A stretch of 56,371 nt of DNA. It comes from Chiloscyllium plagiosum. Taxonomy: Eukaryota. Positions 38,044-49,619 of the stretch are shown piece by piece; the first letter of the stretch is position 1; each line of letters starts with the position of its first letter. The position numbers and the translations under genes were made by a program. The notes under the pieces were generated by a model. It was not told the DNA's origin and searched no databases. It saw only the letters and a program-made list of their open reading frames with translations. The stretch covers positions 10,872,340 to 10,928,710 of the forward strand of contig NC_057753.1 in NCBI RefSeq assembly GCF_004010195.1. The letters run 5' to 3'.

Positions 38044-39009
38044 CAGGCAGCATCCAACGAGCAGCAAAATCGACATTTTGGGCAAAAGCCCTTCATCAGG
38101 AATAAAGGCAGGGAGCCTGAAGCGTGGAGCGATAAGCTAGGGGAGGGTGGGGGCGGGGAGAGAGTAGCATAGAGTACAATGGGTGAGTGGGGGAGGAGAT
38201 GAAGGTGATAGGTCAGGGAGGAGAGGGTGGAGTGGATAGGANNNNNNNNNNNNNNNNNNNNNNNNNNNNNNNNNNNNNNNNNNNNNNNNNNNNGGGGTGT
38301 GGACCTGACCAGGTAGTCACGGAGGGAGCGGTCTTTGCGGAAGGCGGAGAGGGGTGGGGAGGGAAATATATCCCTGGTGGTGGGGTCTGTTTGGAGGCGG
38401 AGAGGGGTGGGGAGGGAAATATATCCCTGGTGGTGGGGTCTGTTTGGAGGCGGAGAGGGGTGGGGAGGGAAATATATCCCTGGTGGTGGGGTCTGTTTGG
38501 AGGCGGAGAGGGGTGGGGAGGGAAATATATCCCTGGTGGTGGGGTCTGTTTGGAGGCGGAGAGGGGTGGGGAGGGAAATATATCCCTGGTGGTGGGGTCT
38601 GTTTGGAGGCGGAGAGGGGTGGGGAGGGAAATATATCCCTGGTGGTGGGGTCTGTTTGGAGGTGGCGGGAATGTCGGCGGATGATTTGGTTTATGCGGAG
38701 GTTGGTAGGGTGGAAGGTGGGCACCAGGGGCGTTCTGTCCTTGTTACGGTTGGAGGGGTGGGGTCTGAGGGCGGAGGTGCGGGATGTGGATGAGATGCGT
38801 TGGAGGGCATCTTTAACCACGTGGGAAGGGAAATTGTGGTCTCTAAAGAAGGACGCCATCTGGTGTGTTCTGTGGTGGAACTGGTCCTCCTGGGAGCAGA
38901 TACGGCGGAGGCGGAGGAATTGGGAATACAGGATGGCATTTTTGCAAGAGATAGGGTGGGAAGAGGTGTAATCCAGGTAGCTGTGAGAGTCGGTGGGTTT
39001 GTAAAAACT
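38044..39009 (-). mobile_element. Penelope-like element fragment with degenerate HHR (38068-38103), inserted into a ZNF pseudogene
   Basis: FYKPTDSHSYLDYTSSHP..KNAILYSQFLRLRRICS..RTPLVPTFHP; pLTR with CTGATGA a gggc tttt gccc AAAA tgtc. Confidence 0.88.
38343..38660 (+). repeat. Perfect minisatellite, 6 x 53 bp, inside the Penelope ORF
   Basis: Unit ggcggagaggggtggggagggaaatatatccctggtggtggggtctgtttgga. Confidence 0.92.
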
Positions 39010-39591
39010 GTCAGTGTGGACGCTCTGGTGTCTCTGCAGATTGGACAACTGGGAGAAGGCCTTCCCATACTCGGGGCAGGCATACAGCATCTCCCCAGTA
39101 GGGATCCGCCAGTAGGGATCACCAGGGTGGACAAGTGAACAAGGCCCTTCCCGCACACGGAGCAGGTGAACGGCTGCTCCCCAGTGTGACTGCAGCGATG
39201 GCCTTCCATCGAAGAGGGGAATTTGAATTCCTTTCCGCAGTCCCCGCATCTCCACAGTTTCTCCACGACGTGGACCTCCTCGTCCGTCTCTCGAGCATTG
39301 ACAATCAGTTGAAAGACCAGCCACATACACAATGTGTTCAGTCTCCCACACTGTGAACCGTGTGTTTTTTTTCTTTTTCTGTGTAACCAGAAAAAGCTTT
39401 TCCCTCAGTTCACTGGGACACTCTCTCCTAGGTGTGTGACTATCTCTCAGACACACAAATGTCTGGAAACAGATGTTTGGAAACAGTCAGATCACACATG
39501 GTTGCTCCTGTTAGATTCAGGCCCCTCGGTCAGATTGTGATGTGGCATTTAATTTGAGGTTTCGGCTCGCAAAGCCTCCTTTTCTCATATC
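39010..39591 (-). pseudogene. C2H2 ZNF pseudogene
   Basis: [41 protein letters not shown], then a frameshift; truncated by the Penelope insertion; acceptor at 39592-39593. Confidence 0.85.
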
Positions 39592-39791
39592 CTATGAAAG
39601 GAGATTCCCACAAGTCAAACACTCTCAGCACTGGACTGAAATTCAGAACAACCTCGCTCCTTCCCTGAAGGCTGTGCATCTCCATTCCACACAATCGCCT
39701 CCCATTCTCACTTCGATATACCTAATATTCTCCCTCCTCACCCTCCTAAAACTGCTGATGTAGACTTCATGACTGGAGTCATCAATCACCG

Positions 39792-40600
39792 TTGAGCGGA
39801 GAGAGACGTCAAAGGGCGGTCTCCAGTTCTGTGTTCAGAAGTACAAGCTATCTTTATTCGAGCCCTTTACCACACGAGCGGGAGAGGCCAAAAACCGCTG
39901 CACATCTGGCTTTCACGTGGGGCCCTCTTAATCATAGCTCAGATCGGAGAAGAGCAATGACCCTCTGATTTCCCCAGGGGGGTACAGCATTTTAATAGGT
40001 TTTCTTTGCAATAATTACATGTAACATTGGAATTGTTCCGCCTCCTTCCCCCCCACTTTAATCTATACATCCGTTCCTGTGAAACACAATGATGGACAGC
40101 CCTAGGTTCCCTATGATGTTGACCGGATATCGTATCATCAGTCTTCGGCAGCTTACAATGTATCCCATTAATTACACTCTCTTTCAGACGTCCCAGACTT
40201 GCTCATCTTGAAGGACTGCTCCAATTCTGCTATTCATTGCTAGCCCTATCAAATTCTATTACTCATCTTATATTTCCCACTGTCCCAATCACAGGAAATA
40301 TCCAAGGAGGTTAGCTCTTACTAATTGTTATAAGCTTCATAATATTAGTTCTAACTAAACTTAGTTATATGTAAACACTTCACCGTCAGCTAATAAGTTG
40401 CAGTTTCCCCGTGTTATACTCACATTTAAATTCAATGATAAAGTTTACTGTCCTCATTACTGGACATACAAAAGATATTAATGTTTACTAGTTGTGTTAA
40501 AAAGTTGTACCTACAGTCTGAATAAAGTTACATGGTTAGAAATGATGTTAGAATTCTTTCATTAATAAGCATTATCACTTGTCTCTGTTCTTGTGGGATC
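39792..40600 (-). mobile_element. Possible solo LTR
   Basis: Minus-strand AATAAA near 39852 with a U5-like end (TG at ~39793); composition differs from its flanks; boundaries uncertain. Confidence 0.3.
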
Positions 40601-41689
40601 ATACCTTTCTTTTTAGGTAATGCTCACTGCAAGCATCTCTTTTTGAAATTTTTCCAACAGAACTGTCATTTTTACAGAACAGCCTGTCTATTCATTTGTT
40701 CGATTATGTTGATGTGCTGATGGGAGTGGGGGAATAACGAGAGAGAGAAAGAGAGAGAAGTATGAAGAGGAATGGGTGGAGGCTCATGTGGAACATAAAT
40801 ACTGACAGAGCCCAATTGAGCCGACTGGCCTGGCCTAAAAATTGATTGATTGTTTTGATTTATTATCACGTGTACCGAAGTACAGTGAAAAACTTTGCGA
40901 GCAGTACAGCCAGATCATAGTAAGTAAGGACATACAGATCATAGGCTGAAAAAAAAACTTGCACAGATTAAGGCAAACAGGTTACACAAGGATGTGCGCT
41001 AGACAAGATCAGCATTGTTTGAAGTTAGAGTTCATGCATCAGTCTAATAATGGCAGGGAACATGCTTTTGGTGCACGTATTCAAGCTTTTGTACCTTCTG
41101 CCAGATGAAAGAGGTTGGAGGAGATCATTATCAGGGTGGGAGGGGTCTTTGATGATGTTGACAGCCTTTCCACAGCTGTGAAGTGGAAATGGAGTCTATG
41201 GATGGGAGGTTGGCATCTGTAGTTTCTTAATATCCTGGGGAGAACAGTTGCCATACCAGGCTGCGATGCATCCGGACAGTCTGCTTTCTGTGATGCATCT
41301 GTAGGAGTTCGTGAGGGTCCTTATGGACATAAGAGATACTGAGGACTGCAGATGCTGGGGGAAATGCTAAATTTCCTGATCTGCCTGAGGAAGAGGAGGC
41401 GTTGTTGTGCTGGAGACTCAATGGCACAGGCAGAAATGTGTCTGTTTTAGATCTACCTGTAGTGGTCGGATAAACACTAGTTAATATCCAGGATGAAATG
41501 AAAAGTTCCTTCAGCAGATCCTGTGGATCGTCTCAGAGGGAAGGTGCAGTCCCATGCTCAAAACTGGAAACAGAGTGGATGAGAGCGACCAGTTTGGCAG
41601 AAAGTAACTCCTTGTTCTTCCCAGTTCACCCACGGTTCAGTCCCGAATGTGTTTCCCAGCAGCAAGAACAGCAGACTCCATCCTCAAGT

Positions 41690-42484
41690 GATCACTGGCG
41701 AATTTCCTGGTGTTTCACCAGACTGGAATCTGATCAAAGCCCTTCCCGCATACGGAGCAGGTAAACGGCCTTTCTCCGGTGTGGACCCGCTAACGTGACT
41801 GCAGGTTGGAGAACTGGGTAAACTTTTTCTCGCATCAGAGCAGGTGAACGGCCGCTCCCTGGTGTTGGCTCGCTCGTGTTTGTGCAGGGTGGATAAATCG
41901 TAGAAGCCATTGCCGCACATGGATGTGAACCTGCTGCTGGATCAGGAGGTGATGTGACCTAATGAAGTCTTTCCTGCACTGTGGGCAGGTGAACAGCCTC
42001 TCCCCAGTGTGGAAACGCTGATGAATCTCCAGCGCAGATGCGGAAGAGAAACCGTTCCCACACTGCCCGCATTTCCACAGTTTCTCCCTAGTGTGGGAGT
42101 CCTTGTCTCTCTGCAGGTGCAATGTGTCAGTAGAAAGTTCGCCCACCCTTACAGCACCTGTATGGTGTGATTTGTTTCTTCAGTCTGTGTTACTAGTTAA
42201 GCCTCTGATAATTGGAACATTCTTACTCGGTCTGTGAAATAGGTTAAAGCTTGCTCCACTGTCACTATTCTGGGATACTCTCACTCAGTGTGTGGCTCTC
42301 AAAGATTTTCCAGTCACACTGATGTTTCAAACTTAACGAAGCAGACAGAACAGACAGACCTCGCTTCTCCTCCTCGTTTTCAAAGCTGTCTATATTCACA
42401 GTTTGGGTGAATCAACTGACCGCCAGATACTGACATGAAGCTTGGTTTGAGATTTCTGCTTCCAAATTCTTCTTTTCTGTTGTC
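41690..42484 (-). pseudogene. C2H2 ZNF pseudogene
   Basis: [37 protein letters not shown].. with frameshifts and deletions; acceptor at 42485-42486. Confidence 0.85.
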
Positions 42485-42784
42485 CTGCAAAAGAGATTTA
42501 AAGATGTTGTCACTGTCAGTCCATGATATTAATTCAGAACACATTAATTCCAGTTTCTGTGGAGTATTTGATCCTCTGTTAATCTCCAAGGCTAATAGGG
42601 CGTCATAGTTGAATGGGGCTGCTTGGATTCCCCCACTAAGCATTGCCAGGGACTCAAATTGCTGTAAGGTCATCTTTTGTGCTGTAATAACTCTTTTACT
42701 GAAGATATATAATGTACCTGCAGTATGAAATTACAAGCCAGAAATAATTACAAATAAAGCTTTTGGAACCATAAATACGACACC

Positions 42785-42907
42785 AATGTCTGAATGTGGA
42801 AGTTGGACAATGAGCATCTGAAGCTCAAGGTTGTTACTGCTCCTCTCTCTCTGAATGAAGATTGAGTTTCACTCTAGACTGCAACTTCCTTCCTCTGTTC
42901 AACATCT
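42785..42907 (+). other. Third copy of the putative ZNF first exon (inverted; promoter motifs absent)
   Basis: Reverse complement of 25907-26015; donor GTGAGC at 42908. Confidence 0.55.
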
Positions 42908-43054
42908 GTGAGCAAAACATTTTCCCCCTCTTCTCCATTTCTGTTATCATTGTGGGACTAAACTGTTGACTTGCAGGAATTGAAGGGAAGGGAAATGAAC
43001 CCGGGGAGGGGGCAGACTCTAGATAGCTACTTCTAGGTCGCTTGGTTTTAAGGA

Positions 43055-43460
43055 TGTTGCGGTGATTCGAGGGTTTGATCTCTTGGAAGAGACTGAGTAG
43101 ACTGAGACTATTTCCCTGGATCACCAGAAGCTGAGGGGTGATCAAATCATGAGGGGCATGGATAGGGTAAATAGACAAGGTCTTTTCCCTGGGATGGGGG
43201 TGTGCAAAACTGGAGGGCATAGGTTTAGGGTGAGGGGGGGGGAGGTTTGAAAGGGACCTGGTAACTTTTTCACACAGAGGGTGGTGCATGTGTAGAATGA
43301 GCTGCGTGAGGAAGTGGTGGAGGCTGGTACAAATACAACATTTAAAAGGCATCTGGACGGGTACATGAATGGGAAGGCTTTAGAGGGATACAGGCCAAAT
43401 GCTGGAAAATGTGATGGATAATTTGGGATATCTGGTCAGCATGGACGAGTTGGACAGCCT
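43055..43460 (+). mobile_element. CR1/HER1 LINE 3' end
   Basis: Typical 3' motifs; abuts the truncated env. Confidence 0.85.
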
Positions 43461-43472
43461 CAAGTGGGGAAT

Positions 43473-44104
43473 TATATAGGCAAGGTAGCAGCAGCCACTC
43501 CAGCCTTTCAGGCTTTGAGGCAGTGTTTGATCAACATCATAACATGCATGCATTCCTATACAGTCGGTCATGCAAATGTATTTTTTCCCTGGGAATAAAT
43601 GGATAGGCCTTCAGGCCGCATACCCAATATGTTCCATTTAATATTTGGGGAATGATCGTGGCAGTGGCTTGGCTGGTGTAGACACAAGATAATTTTCCTA
43701 ATCGGAAGGGTGCGATATCATTCTGATTACAGAAACAAGTGGTATTTACTATTCCTTTCGGTGGGGAAACTCTAAGGCCATCGATAGCACCCAGAGTTTT
43801 TGGGGCTGGTCGAGGGAACCACCCCGCAAAGTTATAATTACCCCTTTCAAATCTCCAAGTTGTATCATTTGAGCCAGAGTCAAATTGTTGTATATCGTAC
43901 ACTTCTCTTTTGGTAAGTGGTATTACTGTGAGAGGAATTCCAGATTCCCCATGGTGTGGGATCTCAGCACATACCCAACAGGCGATTGGGTATGCCCCTT
44001 TTGTTTAGCATAATTCTGATATAAAGCGGTAAAATAATTTTTCCCACCCCCCCCTTGGCAGCTAGCGCCAATATTATCGTGACAACATAAAGCTGACCAT
44101 TCAT
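43473..44104 (-). pseudogene. env: Retroviral env SU fragment
   Basis: Signal-like MNGQLYVVTIILALAA, a CWVC motif, and LNGTYWVCG..AYP..CYLAYIIP; frameshifted. Confidence 0.8.
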
Positions 44105-44269
44105 CTCAGCTCACAACCCTATCAGTCTATTCCCTAACCCTTTAAATACCAGGGAGGAGTGAGTCCATGCAACACTTACAATTGTTTTGGGATACAGTTT
44201 TTTTTAACCAATACTGAATAGTCTCTTATCTCAGTTTCTTTTTGCTCAGCTTGACTTTCAGAGGGTTGT

Positions 44270-44575
44270 CTGTAGGATGTGCTTGCCACTCTGCCGGAGG
44301 GGAAGGAGTGTCCACCGGGCCCTTAACACGAGTGTGATGACTCCACCCTTTTTCAGCAATTCAGATGGCTGTTTCAGTAGTCAGGAGGGTTAGGAACGGT
44401 CCGTTCCCAGCTTGGGTGCAGTTTGGTATCTTTCCAGGTTTTGATCAGGACCCAATCACCCAGTTGTATTCGATGTATGGCGAACTCAAGTGGAGGTGTC
44501 TGGATCAACAGACCCTTCTTCCTCAGGACAGACAAAGAAGAGCCGAATGCCACAATATAGTTCTTTAAAAACTTA
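44270..44575 (-). pseudogene. pol: Retroviral integrase C-terminal (GPF/GPY) fragment
   Basis: IQLGDWVLIKTWKDTKLHPSWE(GPF)..LTTETAI..EKGWSHHTRVK. Confidence 0.8.
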
Positions 44576-44831
44576 TCATTGAACTCTACAGTTGGTAATT
44601 GTCCTGTCACTTCCTCATCATTTCCTCTAATTAGGGTTGGCTCAAATATAGGCACCAAGAATTCCTCAACGTTTACTCCGGAAACCCTGAGATTCTTGTT
44701 AGTCAATTTAGGTCTAAACCTTAGGGATGATCCACCAAAAATACTGCGCCCTCCCCTTCTGGTCCCACCTTAAAATTTATCAAGGGTTCCCGGTGGGTCT
44801 CAGGAGGAAGGACCCCTGACTCCCCAAATCT

Positions 44832-45534
44832 TCATCTAAAGTCATTAGGAAAACGGCTAATTTCTCGTACTAATTCCGGGCATTCCCGTTTAAAATGCCC
44901 CACTTTCCCGCAATGGTAACACCCTGCCTGTTGCCTCCTTTCCCGGGTCTCTGACACTTGTCTTTCATGTCCTCCCCTACCCTTCCTGTTATCCCCTGAT
45001 CCCATTCTCCTTTTTGTTATTTCTTCTACTGCCGCCACCATCATTTTGGCTTTCTGCTTCTCGTCTTCCCTTTTCACATACACTTTCTGTGCCTCACATA
45101 ACAGTTCTTCCATCTGTCTTTCACTCCATCCATCTAATTTCTGTATTTTCTTTTGTATTTTTCTGTTCTTTCCCCGATTCCTCTGTATTCATGGGACATA
45201 ATTTTACTCCCGCGCTCCCTATCCAACCAGCCGCATAATTGGACTCTTTTTGACTGTACGCTTCTTTTCAATTGACATATATATTAAGATCTTGACACAG
45301 CCAATCCTCATCGGACCCATATTTGGGCCAAAAAATACCAGGCGCCTTAATACTTTCTCTAGTCCAAATGAAACAACAATAGTTTATCATTGTGGCCTTA
45401 TCTTTCTCCCGCGTCCAGGAATTGTGTTCCCAATTACCCAACATTTTCCCCAAAGGACTGTCAGGCAGAATATATTCATCTTTAATGTTATTTACAGATC
45501 GATCATTACACAGGCAACTTCCCGTGCCTCCCAT
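44832..45534 (-). pseudogene. gag: Retroviral gag (MA, capsid end, NC), capsid core deleted
   Basis: MGG..PDSPLGKML..MINYCCFIW..FWPKYGSDEDWLCQ; LLCEAQKVYVKREDEKQK; CYHCGKVGHFKREC knuckle. Confidence 0.88.
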
Positions 45535-46528
45535 TGTTGCTAATTTAATTAATCTTAATGAGGTCCGGTGTCACCTTCTTCCACACCCCCTTCAGGGTCT
45601 TGACTAGACACCTTACTCGTCCGATTAATCTGACCAATTATATGCTTTTTTTTGAGACTTCAACTGTTCTCCATAAATCACTTTTATGTAAGGATAAAGG
45701 AGATTACTTAGAAACTGATAGTAAGGCAGTCATGACCTGTAAAAAGAACAGGAGTTAACATTTTATTTCATAATCTGTAAAATCCTTAATCTTAAAAGAA
45801 ATCATTTTAAAATTTCCATAGTAGAAATCAGATTCAAAACAGTCCTGGATCTCAAGCTCCAGGGAACAAAGCACATACATTCAATCACCAACAAACAAAT
45901 GTGCATTCAAATCGAATCACAAAGGGTTAAACTTTCTACTAGCTGTACAGCTCTTTCTCTCTCACACACATGCGCACACACACACAGACACCGTATCTCA
46001 CAGACATTTTGAGCTTCCTGCAACGACTCCTCTAGCTTTTGAATATTCTGGACATCTGGCCATAAGTTAGTTACGAAGTGCACCCTCAGTAGCCCTTCAG
46101 CTACTAGTCCTTCTGACATGGGCTGTTTTCCATTGACATATGCTTAATTTTATATATCGCCAATTCCCCGTACATTTGTACGTCCTGACCACAAAGGCAA
46201 TACTTAAAGGTCTCTTTTCTCACCTTGGTCTGTGCACAGAGTTACCTGGTCATTTTTGGTGCGCCCCATCCCGCAGCAATTCCTGTAGCAAATACCGCTG
46301 CCCCCGATTGCCCGGATATATCCTTTAAGACCTTTCCCTACCCGGGTCTTGTGCACAAGAGTTGCCTAACCGAACCCGCTGCATCTGCCCGCCTTGTTTC
46401 CAGGGTCTTCCAGTCCGGATCGTACTCGCCCAAACCACGAACGACAAGCAAGGGAGTCGGAGATCACCGAAATCGGCGAGGTGCACCTCCCCCATCGTCC
46501 CAAGAGTGTCAAGCAGTCGGAGTTTGGG

Positions 46529-46547
46529 ATCCTGGGCGAGGCCCCCA
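46529..46547 (-). promoter_or_regulatory. Primer binding site, tRNA-Pro type
   Basis: TGGGGGCCTCGCCCAGGAT two nt after the LTR CA; canonical PBS-Pro is TGGGGGCTCGTCCGGGAT. Confidence 0.8.
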
Positions 46548-46798
46548 ATTGTGAGAAACAGAACTCACAAATCAATCAGCCTGAGACAAAGCCTTGGAAA
46601 CAAGAACAATTTATTACAGCCTTGCAAGTACCGGACGCTTCTGCAATCAAGCAGAGATGCGCGCGAAAACAGAGTCTGTTAGCATTCTTATTCAGTTTAC
46701 AAGTTGCGGAATCACACCTCCCTTTTCCCATCCTATCATAAGCTGATTACCTCACTTGTTTTTCCTCTAGTTATTTTCTTATCTGGCCATCCTGCTGT

Positions 46799-47650
46799 GG
46801 AGGAGAAAGTGAGGTCTGCAGATGCTGGAGATCAAAGTTGAAACTTTATTGCTGGAACAGCACAGCAGGTCAGGCAGCATCCAGGGAACAGGAGATTCGA
46901 CGTTTCGGGCACAGGCCCTTCTTCAGGAATGAGCAGAGAGTGTTCAGCAGGAGAAGATAAAAGGTAGGGAGGAGGGACTTGGAGGGGGGGGAGTTGGAAA
47001 TGTGATAGGTGGAAAGAGGTCAAGGTGAGGGTGATAGGTCGGAGTAGGATGGAGGCGGAGAGGTCAACAAGAAGACTGCAGGTCAGGAAGGCGACGTGGT
47101 CGACGGTGCCCTCCACCGCATCTCCTCCACTTCCAACTCCCCTCCTCCAAGTCCCTCCTCCCTACCTTTTATCTTCTCTCGCTCCGCGAGTAGGCGGCCT
47201 GTCTCCCCAATATAGAGGAGGCCACACCGGCTGCAGCGGATGCAGTAGATGATGTGGGTGGAGGTGCAGGTGAATCTGTGGCGGATATGGAAGTTTCCCT
47301 TGGGGCCTTGGAGAGAAGTGAGGGGGGAGGTGTGGGCGCAAGTGTTGCACCTCCTGCGGTTGCAAGGGAAGGTGCCGGGAGTGGTGGTTGGGTCGGTGGG
47401 GGGTGTGGATCTGACAAGGGAGTCGCGGAGGGAGTGGTCTCTACGGAAAGCTGATAGGGGAGGGGAGGGAAATATATCCTTGGTGCTGGGGTCTGTTTGG
47501 AGGTGGCGGAAGTGACGGCGGATGATGCGCTGTACATGGAGATTGGTGGGGTGGTAGGTGAGGACCAGTGGGGTTCTGTCCTGGTGGCGGTTGGAGGGGC
47601 GGGGCTCAAGGGCGGAGGAGCGGGAAGTGGAGGAGATGCGGTGGAGGGCA
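46799..47650 (-). mobile_element. Penelope-like element inserted in the ERV LTR
   Basis: TSD cctgctgt at 46791-46798 and 47651-47658; GIY-YIG segment IIYCIRCSRCGLLYIGET; pLTR with intact HHR. Confidence 0.88.
46895..46930 (-). ncRNA. Minimal type-I hammerhead ribozyme, fully paired (best copy)
   Basis: AUUC CUGAAGA a GGGC cugu GCCC GAAA CGU C/GAAU; stem I AUUC:GAAU; GUC cleavage triplet. Confidence 0.82.
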
Positions 47651-47954
47651 CCTGCTGTCCTTGTCTGTATTCTTTGTTCCTTGTTTGTTACAGCTTGTTC
47701 TTTTATCCAGTTTCTCTTATCACACTATAAGCTTTATTGTGAAATGTCCCTGCTGCTTCTTTTTGTGTTCAGCTACAACCCTTCATAGTTATTTCCTAGC
47801 TTAAAACTATTTTCTTTAAAAGACCCTCTATATTCATTAAAGTCTTCGCCTTAAGTATGCTACATGCTACAAGAATTCCGCGAAGGTTTGTATAATGTCC
47901 CACCCCTGCAACACCCCTCCCCCACCTGCAGAACTACATTTCTAACCTCCCACA

Positions 47955-49595
47955 AAGAACATAGAAAAGTACAGCACAGATGGCCCATGATGTTGTTCTG
48001 AGGGTTAATCCTAATGTAAAATAAAATAACTTAAGCTACACACCCCTCAACTCACCGCTATCCATGTGCATGTCCAGCAGTTGCTTAAATGTCCTTAATG
48101 ACCCTGCTTCCACCACCACTGCTGGCAATGCATTCCATGCATTCACAGCTCTCTGCATAAAGAACTCTCTGACGTCCCCTCTATAACTTTCTCCTATTAT
48201 CTTAAAACTATGACCCCTCGTACCAGTCAACCCTGGCCTTGGGAAAAGTCTCTGGCTATTGACTCTATCAATTCCTCTCATTATCTTGTATACCTCGATC
48301 AGGTCACCTCTCTTCCTCTGAGTTTATTCAACCTCTCTTCATAAAGCAGGCCAGTCCAGGCAGCATCCTGGTAAATCTTCTTTGCACCTTCTCCAAAGCC
48401 TCTGTATCTTTCCTGTAGTAGGGCAACCAGGAAAGGACACAATATTCCAACTGTGGCTTCACCAGGGATTTGTAGAGCTGTAGCAAAACCTCGCGGCTCT
48501 TAAACTCGATCCCCCTGTTAATGAAAGCCAAAACACCATATACTTTCTTAACAACCCTATCCACTTGGGTGGCAACTTTGAGGGCTTTATGTACCTGCAC
48601 ACCAAGATCCCTCTGTTTCTCCACACTGCCAAGAATCCTGTCTTTAATCCTATATTCTGCATTCGAGTTCAACCTTCCAAAATGCATCACTTCTCATTTA
48701 GCCAGGTTGAACACCATCTGCCATTTCTCAGCCTAGCTCTGCATCCTGTCTATGTGGCACTGCAGCCTGTAATAGCCCTCGACACTATCAACGGTCTTTG
48801 TGTCATCTGCAAATTTACTAACCCACCCCTCAACCTCCTCATCCAAGTCATTTATAAAAACTACAAAGTGCTGAGGCCCAAGAACAGAGCACTGCGGGAC
48901 CCCACTCAACAGTGACTTCCAGGCAGAATAACTTTCCATCTACAACCACTCTCTGCCTTCTGAATCCAGAAAGCCAAATCTCCCTGTGTGCCATACTTCC
49001 TGACTTTATGAATGACCCTACCATGGGGAACCTTATCAAATGCCTTGTTGAAATCCATTTACACCATATCCACTGCTCAAACTTCATCAACCTGTCTTGA
49101 CAGCTTCTCAACGAACACAATAAGATTTGTGAGGCATGACCAGCCCCTCACAAAGCCATGCTGACTGCCTTTTTTCATGCTATGCTTTGCCAAATATTCA
49201 TAAATCCTATCCCTCAGAATTCTTTCCAAAACTTTGCTGATCACAGACGTAAGACTGACTGGTCTGTAATTGCCAGGGATTTCCCTATTACCCTTCTTGA
49301 ATACAGGAACAATACTTGCCTCCTTCCACTCCTTTGGTATGACTCCCACGGAAAGTGAGAAGGCAAAGATCTTCACCAGAAGCTTAGCAACCTCCTTTCT
49401 CACTTCCCTGAGCAGCCCACAGTAAATCTGGTCTGGCCCTGGGGACGAATCAATCTTAATGTTTTCCAAAATTTCCAGCACATCAACTTCAGCAATCTTG
49501 ATCTGGTCAAGCCTGTATCCCAGCTCCTCAAAGTTCTGATTCACAACAAGGTCCCTTTCCTTAGTGAAACCCGAAGAAAAAAACTCATTTATCAC
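47955..49595 (-). mobile_element. CR1 LINE (RT to 3' tail), degenerate
   Basis: PGNYRPVSLTSV..SQHGFVRGWSCLTNL; SKFADDTK; tail ctatgttct. Confidence 0.9.
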
Positions 49596-49619
49596 TAGAT
49601 GCTTGGCAGTACAGTTGCA

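Larger units (their letters stand above)
43473..47954 (-). mobile_element. Internally deleted class I (HERV-I/IP-like) endogenous retrovirus, 3'-truncated
   Basis: 5' LTR ~46550-47954 (TG..CA, AATAAA at 46610-46615), PBS-Pro, MA, NC CCHC, start of protease, IN C-terminus, env SU. Confidence 0.88.

Noticed and set aside
38343..38660. CRISPR-like array
   Set aside because: Identical contiguous units with no spacers, in vertebrate DNA.
38317..39456. 379-aa ORF that looks like a ZNF-Penelope fusion protein
   Set aside because: Chance read-through from a frameshifted ZNF relic into a truncated Penelope fragment and a minisatellite; it has no intact domain.
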